From the NCBI GenBank assembly GCA_012295275.1, contig CM022665.1, forward strand, positions 8,308,001 through 8,372,000: 64,000 nt of DNA, in the 5' to 3' direction. Source of the stretch: Chrysomallon squamiferum. Its lineage: Eukaryota; Animalia; Mollusca. A model generated the notes under the pieces. That model worked only from the letters and a program-made list of their open reading frames with translations. It was not told the DNA's origin and searched no databases. The position numbers and the translations under genes are program-made. How positions within the stretch are numbered: position 1 is the stretch's first letter; every line of letters begins with the position of its first letter. Shown here in pieces: positions 1 through 14,626 of this stretch.

Positions 1-1864
1 AGCCTAATGAAAAAATGAAATAAAATATATAAATCAAAAAGATATACAGCACAAATATGTATATATACGAAGACATGTATACATGTAGAAAACCTGTTTC
101 TTCATAATGTGTATACCATTAAGGATTTAAATAAGCTATCTAACAAATGAACTAATTACATAAGGCAACAAAAATAATCAGAATGTGATTAAATCAAAAG
201 TAAGGTTAAATGTATAAATATTGTGCACTGATAACAAAATCAGTTACAAAGTTTGAAACAAGTTCAAAATATAATCAATACAGATTATACAAAGAAAAAG
301 AAAATGAACCATACACAAGTTTAATTATTAACAAATAAAAATAGATTCAGATTTCATAACAGTTGTAGGAAGTAAATAAAACTTGACAGTACAGAGCATA
401 CTGATGCTACTTGGTGTTCTTTGGTAATGCTATTTACATATGCTTGTATGAGTGAACTTAATGTTTACTAAATAACAGCTGTGTTGGAAAAAACTACTTA
501 TTTAAACCTGCATAGACAAGTCTGCTTATTTATCAGTTTTATACACAAAGGTGTACATATTAAAGATCAAATGTCTGCAAACAAATTTTTCCTCATATCA
601 GTGAGGAAATTTTCATACATTTTTTGGTGATAGAGTAGCTTCACTTTTACTTAAAGACGTTCATTAATTCTGTGTAATTATAATTCAAAAACAATCAGAT
701 GTAAATATTTATTTATTTATTATTTTTTGTTAATACTATTTATATCATTACATATTTATACACTAAAACAATCGAATTTTATAACAAATATTTACTATGT
801 ATTTTAACCTGCACTTTTCAAATTTTTTCATGCCATATGATATATTCAAAATGTATGGTTAGTATTTTACATAATGAAAACAAATGAATGGCATACTGTT
901 TTAATTCTTCATTTGTTCAACAATGTAGAAATTAATACATAGCAATTTTCAGATGAATTTTTTAATTAAATGACAGTATAAATAAATGACAAAAGGACAA
1001 GTTCTGTTGTTTTATATTAATCATAAGAGCACTTTCATTTTCAACTATAATTGTGATGTCACTGTTATAACTGCACATTTATTTATTTTTGAGGGGGGGG
1101 GTCCATAGTGTTGAAATGTGCAATCAAATAAAAATGTGCAAGGCAATTTGTATAAATAAAAGTAACATGATGTACATAATTTGGATTAAAATATATTTAG
1201 AACTATGCTTAGTGGGTGTTATGATTATTGCTGTTTACTGAAAGAAAATGTATAATTGACAACAAACCAAAATATTTTATGTAAATGTTTAAAAAAAAAA
1301 TTTGTGTAAAATTTGTTTTATCTGAAAGTTTCATTACTATCAACGTTTTTTCATTATCACAAACTGTAAGAGATGGGGAGTTTATTCTGGTCATTTAAAA
1401 GGATAGTTTATTAAAAAGTTACAGTTAAACTTGAACAGTCAAATATTTTCTGGTAATTCCATTATAAACAATTACAAGCTTTTACTTGAACTCTAAAAAT
1501 GTGACGACATGAAAACTTTAAAAAAATAAAATTCCTATAATTAACAATAAAAATGTGTTAAAAGATCATATGAAATAAAATACTTGAGGCTGAAAAAGCT
1601 CTGGAGTAGGTATGCACTAAAATTATTTAGATATGGTGTGTAATACAGAGAAATCAGAAATACTATTTTAAGTAAAAAGTGTTCACCCTAGTTATTGTTT
1701 CTTTTTAATTAGTGATCGTATTTTCCTGTATCCACTTCCTCTTTCACTTTTCAAGTACATAAAATTATCAGTAACTTGTCAGTTGTGTAGAAAATCCTAT
1801 AAATTCTTGTTTCAAAAGTTTCACGTTTAATATAAATAAATAAAGATATAAAGTTGTTTATAAA

Positions 1865-1895
<31 letters not shown>

Positions 1896-2465
1896 GATAT
1901 TTCTAACTGCCAGGCAATCTGAGTTAGTTTAATGCTACTTCCAGGAAGACATAAATATTCATTTTTAAAACTACAGCTTATAATGAATGTAAATTACAAT
2001 GTTATGAACTTAAAATAAACTGACAATGTTTATGTGCAAGATGTTATGCTAAATAATGTTTTTTAACCAATTCCAACCATTCAAAATTCATTTACAATTT
2101 TCGTCATAAACACATATAAAAATGTTTGTTTAACATGCAATCGGCAATATTGTTCCAAAAAATAGTTTAATTTTATCTTAAGTTATTATGAAAGTTTAAC
2201 AATGTTCTTTTTAAGACTGGAATTATCATTTTACTAACAGATCAAATAAAATAAAATTATTTTTTATCTTCTGGAAGTTTCCATTTCAGACATACATTAT
2301 TCAATTTATTGTAAGAAAATATTGTTCAAAAGAAAAACAATAGTACCCAGAGTGAGAATGAAATCTATTATAAAAGTATCATGTCCAGTATATTATGAAG
2401 CAAACATTATAAATCTTTATACAATTGCAGATGCATCCGGTACTTGTAGAAAACAATTACTATCT

Positions 2466-3916
2466 CAGGGTTCAACATTAATTTTTTAATTACTAGACCA
2501 GTGGACTAGTATGTCTTAGAATTTACTAGACCTGACCTAATATCAACTAGACCAAACTGTTCAATGACAAAATACACCGTAAGCAGGGATCATTTTGTTA
2601 AACTTTGCTTCGTATTGCATATTATTTGAAGAGTATACAGGGTGTCCCCAAAAGTAACCAATGTAACTATATTTGAATAGAACACTGAAAAAAAAACATC
2701 GTATTGTAACTTTTTTTTTTGCATATATTACTCATGACGTAACAATATTTAACATTAAAAGTTAACGCTTGTAGTCTTATTACACTGAAATAAGCTAAAC
2801 TGTATCTGTGGCAAAACAATGCACTATCACTTCTCACAGAATATCCATATAGATTTTTATACACAGACTACTCGTGGGTATTTTTATCTACATCAATTCT
2901 ATGGGATGATGCCCACCATGCCCCCACAGTTCCAATGCTTGATGACTTGCCACATTTGATGTCAAAATTTTGTTTATTTTTTGTATGTGATGTGGATTCA
3001 GAGTGGCTTTTTATTGCGTCAATTCTAAAATTATCTGTATCCTCGCCAAATCTCCCTACAGTTTCATATTTTCTACATGGGATGCAGAACATGGTATTGC
3101 TTTCTTCATTGTAGTCAAGTGACTAGAACTTGTCTTTCCACTTCTGTGAGAACTGTCGTTTTCACTTTTCTTTTTCATATTTGTCTTTAGATTCTGCCTT
3201 ACACTTTTTTCCTTAGACAAATCAATTTCTGACAGGTCTTTGTCAAATGAAACTGCATATTTATGCAGGACCATGTTTTCTGCTTGATTAACCACATGTA
3301 AAACAGCACGACAACTGAATTGATTGTCAAAACTCATAAAATATTTATTCAAAGAACATACACAATTGTATGTTTTGCATTTTATTGCTATATTCTATTT
3401 ATTGGAAAAAAAAAAAAAAAAAAAATGACAGTATTTATGCATACTAAATTTAGCACACACACACACTCTATATTCAGCAAATCTCTGTCAATTCCGGTCA
3501 GTCAGAACACATCATCACATTCTGCTACTCTTATATTTCAAAGAAATGTATGAAATGTGTCGAATGTATCATCAGGTGTGGATTCAACGGAGTTGTAACA
3601 AATTCTGCCTGTACAAAAATGTCCATATTGTCAGTGGCTACCACCAGGTCGGGATTGTTTAGTTATTTACTGCCCACTGTTGCTCGTAACATCTAAATAT
3701 AGAACCTGGTATTTCCTCATCAATAGTTTAATAATTCGTCAATGCTCTGATGAGTGAAAATGGAATATATTAATGTTTGTAGGATCACTGGATAGCAAAT
3801 TAATTCACTGTTCATATATTATTAACAAGTCCAGTTGGGCTAGTCAGAAACAGTTATAATAGACCGAACCAGTCGTTTACTAGAGTTGTTTGGACGTGCC
3901 TTACTGTCGAAACCTG
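2466..3916 (-). mobile_element. Degenerate hAT-like DNA transposon in ARID2 intron 3
   Basis: Imperfect TIRs CAGGGTTCAACATTAA (2466) and reverse complement CAGGTTTCGACAGTAA (ends 3916), flanked on both sides by TATCT. Subterminal ACTAGACC-like repeats. Internal minus-strand fragment MFCIPCRKY...DNFRIDAIKSHSESTSH (3092-2868) resembles the TTF/ZNF862-type zinc finger of hAT transposases. Confidence 0.72.
2636..2670 (+). mobile_element. Tc1/mariner-like terminal inverted repeat fragment nested in the hAT element
   Basis: TA followed by CAGGGTGTCCCCAAAAGT resembles a Tc1/mariner terminus; no partner TIR found. Confidence 0.4.
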
Positions 3917-4030
3917 TATCTGTATGTTTGCATCTGAACAATATTGTAAATTACTGCTAAAAACCAAGAAAACACAAGCAGCAGAAAAAGGAATAGCTGT
4001 GAATTAATAAATATTAACAAATGTTCTTAC

Positions 4031-6699
4031 CTAAAGTAAATGTATTTGAGAGCCTGAACACCATTTATACAATGTCTCGGTACTTTAAATTCTGCTTGAA
4101 TATCTTGCCATTTATCTTCATTGTTGACCTGAAAAACAACAGAAAAGAAATACAGGTAATCAAGAACATGTGTAATTAAGTAAAGTTATGATTAATCAAT
4201 ACAGTATAACACACACACACACACAATGCACATATACAATATATATAAATATACATATACACTTCATATAATAATACAGTCACTGACATCATGCCTGTTC
4301 TAAAAAGAATCAGAACAGATTTTTTTTTTAAATTATTATTATTATTATTTTTATTTTAGAAAAATACTAAATATGAAACAAAAATTAGACCAATATAATA
4401 ATAAAGAATTAAATAATGTCTGAATGCAAAAAAAAATATGCATGCAGTTTTAAAATTTTCAGAAAAATTCAATGATTGTAAGAAAAAAAAAAAAAGTTCC
4501 CTGTGTGAACATAAATACTTCTGTTATGAAGATTTATAGATCTGGGATAATGTTCCACAGTTATTTACATTATATACAATTAAAACCAAGAAACATTAAA
4601 ATAAAAGCATTATTTTACAACTTAAATACACTTAGGCGACATGCACATTATTTTGACAGTTGCTAATAATGCAAGTAATATTATTTTGTTTTTGTTTATT
4701 TTATTTGTTTGTTTGTTTTGTATGAGTACTTGGAAAGAAATTATTGTAACAGACAAGAGACTTTTTTCTTTTTTTTAAAACTGTTAATAAAAATTATTAG
4801 CATTACTGACCACACCTGGGGTCATTTACTTATGGTAACAAACAAAATAGCAGGAAATATTGGAATTGGTGATATTTATCTATTTATTATCAGTAAATAA
4901 ACAATTTTAAGATTACATATAATTGATGACAGTTATGTAGGCTATAGCATATAAATATGGGAATCTTTGCAAATTCAGAAAACAATTTGTTTATTATTAT
5001 TATTATTATTTATTTTGTTTTGTTAAATAATACTAATTCAGTCATGATTTTGTAAAGTGTTGAGTTTGGCATGTTATTGACAATACAGATTATTTCACAT
5101 ACTAAGAGAAACTGCCTCCTTTGAATGAAGTGAAAAATATAACAAATAGTAATGAGTGTTATAATTAGTCTGTATACTACTTTGTTTTCTTTTATTAGAA
5201 TATGAAAATTTTGTCAACTGCAAACATGCAGAAAAGTAACTACAAATAAAGATTAATATTTTACTAAAAAATCTGTTCAGAATAATTGCAAAAGTGTGTT
5301 CAGCAGAAGGTTATGGTGTTCATTTTCTTTCATGAGCATATCAGTTTTGAAATTAATTTTTAAGGTCCAAACTTCATACAACAGGCCATCTTCAGAATGT
5401 CAACTGAGTAAACATCAAGGGTCACAAGTTCTTTTCATACAGCCATGGGGTATATTTATGACCAGATAAAGACAAAATTCAGTATATTTTTCAACTATCT
5501 GAATAAAAAATTTCTTTGCCACAACTTTTCATTTTCTTAACTTTTACAATTCAGATGTTCCTTAAAAATGATAATTAATATCATTTATAAAATTTAAAAA
5601 AAATCAAATCATTATACTGCCTAGCAAATACCATTTCAGTATACACTGGATTTTTTTCTGTGTTTTAAAGTCATTATATCATAGAAAAAAAAAAAATCTA
5701 AATAAAATCAAATGGAAAACTGCCTGTTATTTGAGACATGTAATCATATCATAATCTTTAAATCATTTGTAATTCTTACTGCTGAACACACTGTTTTACT
5801 TTGCCTTGTAAACATCAATCCACCCAGTAATCACAAAGTATTTTATAAATTATAAATAGAACAACCATAGAACAATGTATGCATGTCAGTCAGAGCTGGG
5901 TTTCCATACAGAAAGTAACTGATGCAATTAACTTACACATTTATTTTTCTCTATATATGAAACATTCAGGGTTTTTTTAAATGAAGAGGTTCAACCAATG
6001 AAATAATACAGTAATAAGTTTACATATTTGTTAATTATTACGTAATATATATGTGTAATTCTGAGTCCTAAAAATCATTCTGTATGTCAGCAAATAAAAT
6101 ATTTCGGTAAATATCTGCTGATGTGTAATAGAATAATCACTGAGTGGGAATGTACACTTAACAATCAGCCATTATGTTTGTAGCTCTGGAAACCCTCATT
6201 TGTACACTAACTTTCAAAGGTTAGATGAGCAGTGCATAGTGTTACAAGAAACATGCATTCTAGAAAATACCAAAATATGTTGGTACCCAAAAGTTGTTGT
6301 GTTTTATACTGTTTTGGGGATGGTTTGGAAGGATATGAAAGTCGGCTTTCTTTGGAGGAAGGATGACTTGGGTATGGTATGCATTTATTAATTTTTTAAA
6401 TTTTGTTTTTAAACAAAGTATGAATATGACATTACTACTTATTACATTAATACAAACCTGTCATTAACTGATATTGCATTTAAAAGGTATTTTGACATTG
6501 TTATGTAATATTACATTTAAGGAAAATATGTACAAAAATAAAAATTAATGTTTGACCGATTTCATTTTTAATGACTGCCATTATTTTTTCATAGATGTTA
6601 GATTATCTTAATTATTAGACTGTATTTATGAAAAATACAAATGAAGATCTGACATAAATACCATATTACACAGAACTAAATAACAAAAAAACAACATTT

Positions 6700-6737
<38 letters not shown>

Positions 6738-6854
6738 CTTCTAAATAAATTTACAAAAACAACAATAAAAAAAATTAAATAAATTAATTAATAATATTAA
6801 AAAAAACATTCACATTAGCTTTTGTTTTTATAATTTGTTTATTTTATACAATTA

Positions 6855-6916
<62 letters not shown>

Positions 6917-9426
6917 TTTTTATATTAGTGAATTTAATTTGCTTTATTTCATACTTTATCAACAGAGTCATCCAGTTTTAATGAGCCAAATAACTGCTTG
7001 TTTTAATACTGAAAAAGGGGAAAAGTGTATTATGAGATAATAAAGCTTTTTCTGTTTCTTAACTACATTTAGTATGGGAAAATGTATGCCACCAATTTTC
7101 AGTAAGCGTTAAATGTGTTCATCAAACAGCAGTCTGTTTTAATAAGACATTGGCATTTTTATTACTAATATTTTAAATTCAGTCTTAACACTTAATTCCG
7201 ATATGATTTTAAAACAAATAACACAATACTGATTTGCTATGCTAAGTTAAGTGTCTTCTTCAATGTGCCTAAGTCAAAATAAGTTGAATATTACTGCTCT
7301 TCATACTAAAAGAAATAAGCAGGAAATTCTTTTAAATGAAGATCAGGATATTTTTATTTTCTGTTAGCTTTTATGATGGTTAATCTTTTTTTTAATTATA
7401 TACTCTACTGAACAGCCAAATTCTATCAATCACTACAGCAGTTAAATGTTTACTAAACATACTGTTCAAAGGGATGTACAAATTGTAATATGTAACACAA
7501 AATATGGTTTTATAAATTTCAGATATGTGAAACAAAATACTCTTTATCAGTAGTTGTTTATTATTCAAATGTGATAAATATTAAGAAATCACAGCCACTA
7601 TATATAATTTAACAGTTCTTGATGCAGTTTATCATAATATCTTTGTTTATGATAAAATAAAAAAAAATTGAAAAAAGATAAAAGTACATATGAAATGGAA
7701 AATAATAATAATTAAATGAATTAAAATTAGTTCATTTCTATTAGACATTAGTTTCAGTTTCACTCTCACTCGATCAGACTTTGTCTTTGTCTCTATTATA
7801 AAATGCCAATTTAATGTAAAATTGGTAAATCAATGCATTTTAATATATATCAATTCATAATCATCTTTCCTGATTGTTTTGCAACTGTCTGTTATGTTTA
7901 ACAGTTTTTCAACATATCATTTTCTCACATACCAATCTTTTGATATTTTAAAGAGAAAAATTAGTCATGGTTAAGAAAATTAATTGCCTGTTAATGCAAT
8001 GTGTGATGTCGTGAAATTGTGAAATTAAATATTATTATCCATAAGTTGATAATATATTAAATATAGATGCAGAAAAAAACACATCACAGAAAAGGACAGA
8101 ATCCCATTTAGAAATAACATTAACTCCATTTCAAAACTGAAATGTGGTTCTTTTGATTGTTATTGTGTTTATGAATCCATTAATAACTGCAAAGATGTGA
8201 TCAATATTAAATGACTTTCCTTAAAGGGCAACAGTTATGAAAAACTATTGCTGGGAATCCTGTGTATGAACCATAAAAAATGTTTGTGTTCATCTGATGG
8301 ATTTCACTTGTCAGTTTTTCTTCTTCTATATGTATTTTTTTTTCAGGGGTGGGGGATAAAATAATATGTATGTAAACTGTATATGGCTGCACCAAAAAGA
8401 CACTAAAAGGTTTTAAAACACTCCATGAATTACCAAAATACTGGCTTGCACAGCAATCAATGAATCATGGAAGCATTGTGTTAACTGCACATATAATATA
8501 TTTAAAAAATATATACACACATATATATATATATCTTCATTTTTTTAAACTATCAGATAACCTTTTATGCTTATCAAGAATATGGTTTCTATTAGGCTTT
8601 TTATTTAATGTAAGTGAACTGGGGATTTGTCTATGTATATATAACAAGTCTTAATAAATATATGATACATGTGTAATGAACAGTTTGTTACAATATACTG
8701 CCCCCCCCCATCATATTCCACTGATATATAAATACACTTCATTCTAGCTGCAAATCCAATGAATGAAACCGCCCACCCTACTACAGTCTACAGTAACTAC
8801 ATTCTTTCAATCTTTGACAATACAGAAATTATACCGCGAAGAAATTAGGTCACACAGATCCAATCAGTAGTTATGCTGTTTACGTCCTGTAAGTGCACGT
8901 GTTAACATACTAAACGTGTTTAACCAAGTGATCACTGTAAACAATAAACAGATTTTCAACCGGAAAAAAATCACAAAATATTCCACAACGACCTTGCCAT
9001 TTACGAAGCCATTTTAGTTCATTCAGCTCATTTACTGTTCAATCAAATTTCGATAATAAAAGATTGTTGAGACATAAACGCATTAAGCAGTAATCAATTG
9101 CATAAAAAGTGTGGTAAATTCAAATGTTAGTTTACCTTCTGCCACCCACCAAGTCCAATCACGCGACGATACAGATGGTAAAGATCGACTTCTCTACCAG
9201 CTATGTGAGGTATACGATCGTAAGGTGTTCTGAAAATAAGAATAACAGCAGTATAAAACTATTCATTAAGAACAATAATGAATATAATCGACAAACGAAA
9301 GAAAGAAAACATATTTATTAAAAGTTATATTTACCCCCGGTTTTGGTGAAATCTGTGTAAATCTTGTAAAAAGCTTTTGCGTTCCTCTTCGTAGGTGAAA
9401 GGGTCTTTGTTCAAAAGGTTAGCCAT
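4031..9426 (-). CDS. ARID2: AT-rich interactive domain-containing protein 2 (PBAF subunit BAF200), 5' part; gene continues beyond the left edge
   Basis: Exons 9426-9335, 9229-9136 and 4128-4031 (92/94/98 nt, GT-AG) splice in frame to MANLLNKDPFTYEEERKSFLQDLHRFHQNRG-TPYDRIPHIAGREVDLYHLYRRVIGLGGWQK-VNNEDKWQDIQAEFKVPRHCINGVQALKYIYFR, an N-terminal ARID domain resembling ARID2 (FLDELRQFHHSRG...LDLHGLY...LGGFAKV). No further exon recognised in 1-4030. Confidence 0.93.
6857..6914. repeat. (TAT)n microsatellite
   Basis: Uninterrupted ATT/TAT run. Confidence 0.9.
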
Positions 9427-11057
9427 TTTGAACATGAAATATGCAAAACATGCAAGCTTTTAGTTGTTTCCAGTAGTCCTTATATCAATCTATGCCTTGA
9501 ACGTAGGCGACATCGATACTATAACACCGAAGTACTGGGTAAATCCTCAATATTTTGGGGATTCCGCATATCCAAGCAGACCGCACCGCAGTTGCGAGTA
9601 CGCCGTCTCGACAAACGGTTGGTAGTTCACAGCTAACCAGCCCGATTCACTGCACAATCGGTCGATACCGTACAGTATCCAGATCCGGAAAGATATCAAG
9701 ATCCCAGTATATCTCAGTTTTAATCAGACGAATCAACGTTTATTCCACATAACTGTCCATACGTATCTGAATTCAAGTAAAATTCCTAACAAAAAACATA
9801 ATGAACATGCCAAGCAGCAATTGCGTCCTATAGGGATATCAGTAATTTGTCAGTGCCTCGAAGCCATTAAACAATATGGCGAAGTCCATGAGCTCTGTGG
9901 CTGACGAATGTGGGGCAAAGACATTGCCGTGCATTTATATCCTTTCGGTCTTTTGCAATATTTAATATATATAGTGCATTAAAGATATTTAGCTGAAGAG
10001 GTAAGAAGTCGTACAATGGCTACAAAATATTCCGCTAATAAATAAGACGGTTAATTGTTGCTTTAATTTGTTGGGTTAGTCAAGACCGACAACTCTTGGG
10101 TGCCTCGCCCGTACATTGAAGAGTTCAGGCAAAATATTTAATTTTCGTCAGTCATGCAAACTTATATTTATGATTAAATAGAGGCATATTTCGATAACAT
10201 ATGTTAGAGATACGTTTTTAGATGGATCATGGAAATACCTATGGATTGCATTCCAAGACGGCGTTGATGCACTTCTTAGTCGCTGTTTCATCTGTTGATT
10301 TATTACAATATATATATATATATATATTATTTTTTATTTTTTCTTGCTTGATCTTTAAATTATTTTAAAATACATTTTTATTCTGTATTAGAATTGCTCA
10401 GAAATTTCCAAACCGTATGTTAATAAAAGCGTGAACCTGGCCTCTAGTGATTATTATTATTATTATTATTATTATTATAGATTTATAGCAACTGCCAAGT
10501 CCCTTTCAATATTTTTGGTTGGTTTTTCATGAATAGGTTAATATTAATTAGCGAACATCGAATGAAATGATATAATTTTATGGAAAGGATCGATGAAGAT
10601 TGTCAAGCCATATGGATAGATGTAACGTTATTTTTCGTTTCTAAGTTAATTTCCCAAAGCTTTTCTGGGATGAAAAACGCAAACTTATTTATAGTAAATA
10701 TATTTTGTTTGCACGAAGCAAAATAATAAATATTATTCGACAGTTACGTACTAAATCGCAGAACATTAGCTGGAAAAGTTTCTTTTTTGAGGAAAATTTA
10801 TAAATTTGCTTAAAATGTGCGATTAATAGAAAATAAATGGTTCTTTTATAAGCAAGTATTATTTTCAGAATTCGTTGAATTGAAATGATTCAGGAAAAAC
10901 CTTTATTTATTTTATAGCCGATTTTTATATCGGTGATATGAATTTAATTTACTTACTTTTTACTTTAATGCATTCTTAACAGTCATCTGATTGGTTATAC
11001 ATGGCAACAATAATAAATGAGCAACACCAGAATAGGAATAGGAAAAAAATTAACGTG

Positions 11058-11440
11058 CTAATCAGAGCAAGCTGTTGTGAAGCACGTCTGCGACGGGCAC
11101 GCTTTCTGACACGTTAGCGGGCGCGTCCGTCGCAGAAAAGAGTTTTGGGTAGGGAAAAAAATGGATTCTCGCCACGATTGCAGGACACAAGGAAGTGTCC
11201 AGCATATCGAATCGTAACGAGTCGGTACGGATGTATCGCAGCCGCAATTCGCCCCCCCGTGATATCCGGCACAATCTCTCAGCCGCAATTCGCCCCCCGT
11301 GATATCCGGCACAATCTGAGCCATCACCGGGTCTGTGTTGTTTGCCGTCCTGGTTGTTCAGCTCTTGGCTGCTGTCGTTGTTTCTTTTTGGCTGCTGTTG
11401 TTGTTTCTTTTTGGCTGCTTCCTTCTGGTCCACGTGGTCC
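11058..11440. repeat. GC/CpG-rich unclassified element with internal tandem repeats
   Basis: Two ~40-nt copies of CAGCCGCAATTCGCCCCCCGTGATATCCGGCACAATCT (11239-11277, 11280-11317) and ~2.5 copies of a ~23-nt TTGGCTGCTGTYGTTGTTTCTTT unit (11364-11419). Sharply GC-richer than its flanks. Confidence 0.6.
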
Positions 11441-11639
11441 AAACCTGTTTTTTTTTTGTGTGTTTGTTTGTTTGTTTGTTGTTGTTTTTTTGTTGTTTTT
11501 TTTGCCAATGGTCTTTTTATTGTTTTAAAAGATATTATAAAAAACCTGCAACTAAAACAAATAAGAACATATATGTAGTTAACTTATTTACATTTTATTT
11601 TAATTTAAAAGATGTTATAAATCCTGAAGCTGACTAAGA

Positions 11640-11673
<34 letters not shown>

Positions 11674-12734
11674 ATAATAATAATAAAATAAAATAAAATA
11701 AAATAAAATAAAATTCAATTAATTAAATTATAAAAAAACACCAGATAATGCATAATCCTTTTATAACAACTGTTTCACACTAACGATTCAAAGTCGATAC
11801 ATGAATGCATCAACTGTTTAATCCAGCGATGTATGTACGTAGTCGGCGGTAAAATTAAGAATGAATAATCCGAAACAAAAACGTTTTTTTACGTTCTCAT
11901 AATTAATAAAAATAACAATTAATACCTTAATTTTTTCATTAAACTTTAGTTATATGCGGTCATGTCAGTTGACTGTTAATCATTCAGATGTGTTTGTAAA
12001 TATACATTTCATTCAGGTTTTGTTTTGTTTTGTTATTTCGGATTGTAGGTTAAAAGGAATATCTAGTTAGTTTTAAAGTATCAGCTTTATCCTGCTGAGT
12101 TCGAATGGCAAATGCAGCTCGGCATAATCTAGCTGACTAACCATCATAGGATAAACGTGATACTTTAAGTCTGTAACCAATTATATCCTATATATTTACT
12201 AGTGTGTACTATATTACTATTACTATGACAATATATTTGCAGCACCAGCGGTCCATTTCAAAATCAGCGTGTCTGTTTTCTCAATGCAGACAAGAAGAAA
12301 GTTATTTACATGACAAAAAAAAAAAAAAAAAAAAAAAATCCAATTAAATATCGAGGAATTTTCAAACCTCTTAAAACATACAATGTAGACAATGAACAGA
12401 AACTTACAAATTATGTTGAAGTGTACACTGTTAACAGAAAGTACAAATTAAATCATCCATATTAATAAAATATATATTTTTTTCTTTTGTTTCTGATTTG
12501 TATTGAGCAATGCATTCTGTTATGAAATCAGAATTAAAAATATAAATATTTCTTTTATAACTAAATAATGTTAGACGTGATGTTTAAAATCCATACAACG
12601 ATTTGCGTGTTTGTAAATGAGAAGATTCATGTTAAGACCTATTCGTCACTCTCCTGGTCGTATCAAAGCTTGCACAGTATCCTGAAAATATCAAAGGAAT
12701 ATGAGATATTGCTTGCGGTCTTTTTTTTTCTCTT

Positions 12735-12765
<31 letters not shown>

Positions 12766-14626
12766 CTTTTTTGCACATTCTTGTGTCAATGAGGGCAGAG
12801 AGGTTGATCTGCCCGAAATTTTACACAGACACAAACATACAAAGTATAGTTTTTAATTAATTAATATTTATATATATATATATATTACATGTATTGTTTC
12901 TTAAAGTGATTCAAAGAAATGGGGGGAAAAACCAGACTGGTAATCAAGGAATGTTGAAAAATAATTCAATGTTAAATGTATGGCAGTTACGCATGTCGTT
13001 GAATTATGTTTGTACGACCACTAACTGTTTTATAGGAAATATTACTTAATATACTTTTATTTACACTTTCATTCATCACTTTGAAGTACTGTATTAAGTA
13101 TACCTGACAATAATTATAAATTAAAAATTAAAATATTCTGAGGTATCGTGATGCCGCAACAACATACCTGATTCTACGGATTATGTGGACTGTACAGGCC
13201 GTACCTAGGCAATATTGGTTTCATTTTGACGAGATATTTACGGTCATACATTTATAAATGTACATAAACTGTAAATTCAGTTCACTCACGACATGTATAA
13301 TTACAATTTCTGACATAAATTTACCAGCTGACTATTTGAATTAAGGTGTTTTTCACATTGGCGTCTTTATTATTCGAGTTTATTTGCAAGATTTTCTGTT
13401 GAAGTAAAATTGTGCAATATCAATACGTAATAATTTTCTCCAATGGCAATGTAATACGATTAAAGTCGTTTCAAGATAAGGTTCTCACATGCTTGTCAGT
13501 TTATCGCAGTAATAAAAAAAGTAAATAAAAAATATAATAATAATAATGGCATTAAGAACATATAAATTAAAACTGATACTAACACCTCGAGTTCATAAAT
13601 TATCCCTTTAATGTAATTTTCAACGGTTTAAAACATTTCTTTGAGATGGATAATCAACAATACTGAAAAATCAGTTATCCTTTATGATCGAGTTTTCTAA
13701 AGTTTTTAAGTCTTCTTCAGTTCCTGTCCTAGTTGCCTGTAAACAGTTATGGAAATGGAAGAGTATGAAGTGTGACAGCGTTCCTCTACCTTTTACTTTA
13801 CAGATTATGTTCAATTTCTGAACTAGTATAGAGTCAGAGACATTACTATCTGGCCTTTGTCAGGCTTCTGTAGCAATTAAAATTAACTTTTTATTTTCAA
13901 TAATTATACTTGCATATTTCACTCAGCTCTCATAAACAACAGATATTTTAAGGTATCTAATAATAAAAATTAAAAACATAATTAAAACTCAGTTAACAAC
14001 TTTAAATACGATATTATTGAATTAGAAATTATTACGATTGGCCCAAATTAGAATAAGTAAATGTTTATCTGCCTCCACTAATAAACTACATTTTCAAATT
14101 ACAAAATATCTCTCTGCCACACAGACCCTAGCATACCATTAGTTCCTAATACCCATTTCCATCACTGCCTATTAAACAGTTTGTAAATGCATTAATATCT
14201 GGGCTTTACATCCTTTACATTTCTAACTGCTCTGTAATTATAAAAAAACAATAAAAACAAATGTATCATTAAAGTTAATAACGGTAAGTTACACCTTAAT
14301 ATTTTAACACTTATCTTTACGACACATATTTGCTCGTTAATGTTCAAAACTGATAATCATGAGTTGCTAGACATCGTCACAATCTTAACACTGACATCAC
14401 TATATTTTTTTCTGGAACCGACTAAAATTCCAACTAGATCGCTGTTTGTAGACTGGGGATAATGTAATTTTAATATCATTACTATAAACTAGCTTGTTCT
14501 TTTAAAGGGAGTTAATCCATTCCTCTTTCTTTCGGCAGTAATATTGAAAATTTATTTTAAATGCCATATTTCAGTTCGGGACGGCCTTATTTTATACGAG
14601 GATGCATTCTTATTACAAGCTTTCAA

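Noticed and set aside
6200-6391. G-rich segment in ARID2 intron 2 with a short plus-strand ORF
   Set aside because: No recognisable homology and no usable splice sites on the ARID2 strand.
11239-11317. Two ~40-nt direct repeats as a possible CRISPR-like array
   Set aside because: Only two adjacent copies with no spacer, no cas genes, and a eukaryotic context.
11058-11637. Five overlapping ORFs of 78-148 aa
   Set aside because: Generated by tandem repeats and T/G-rich low-complexity sequence; no recognisable domain or splice support.
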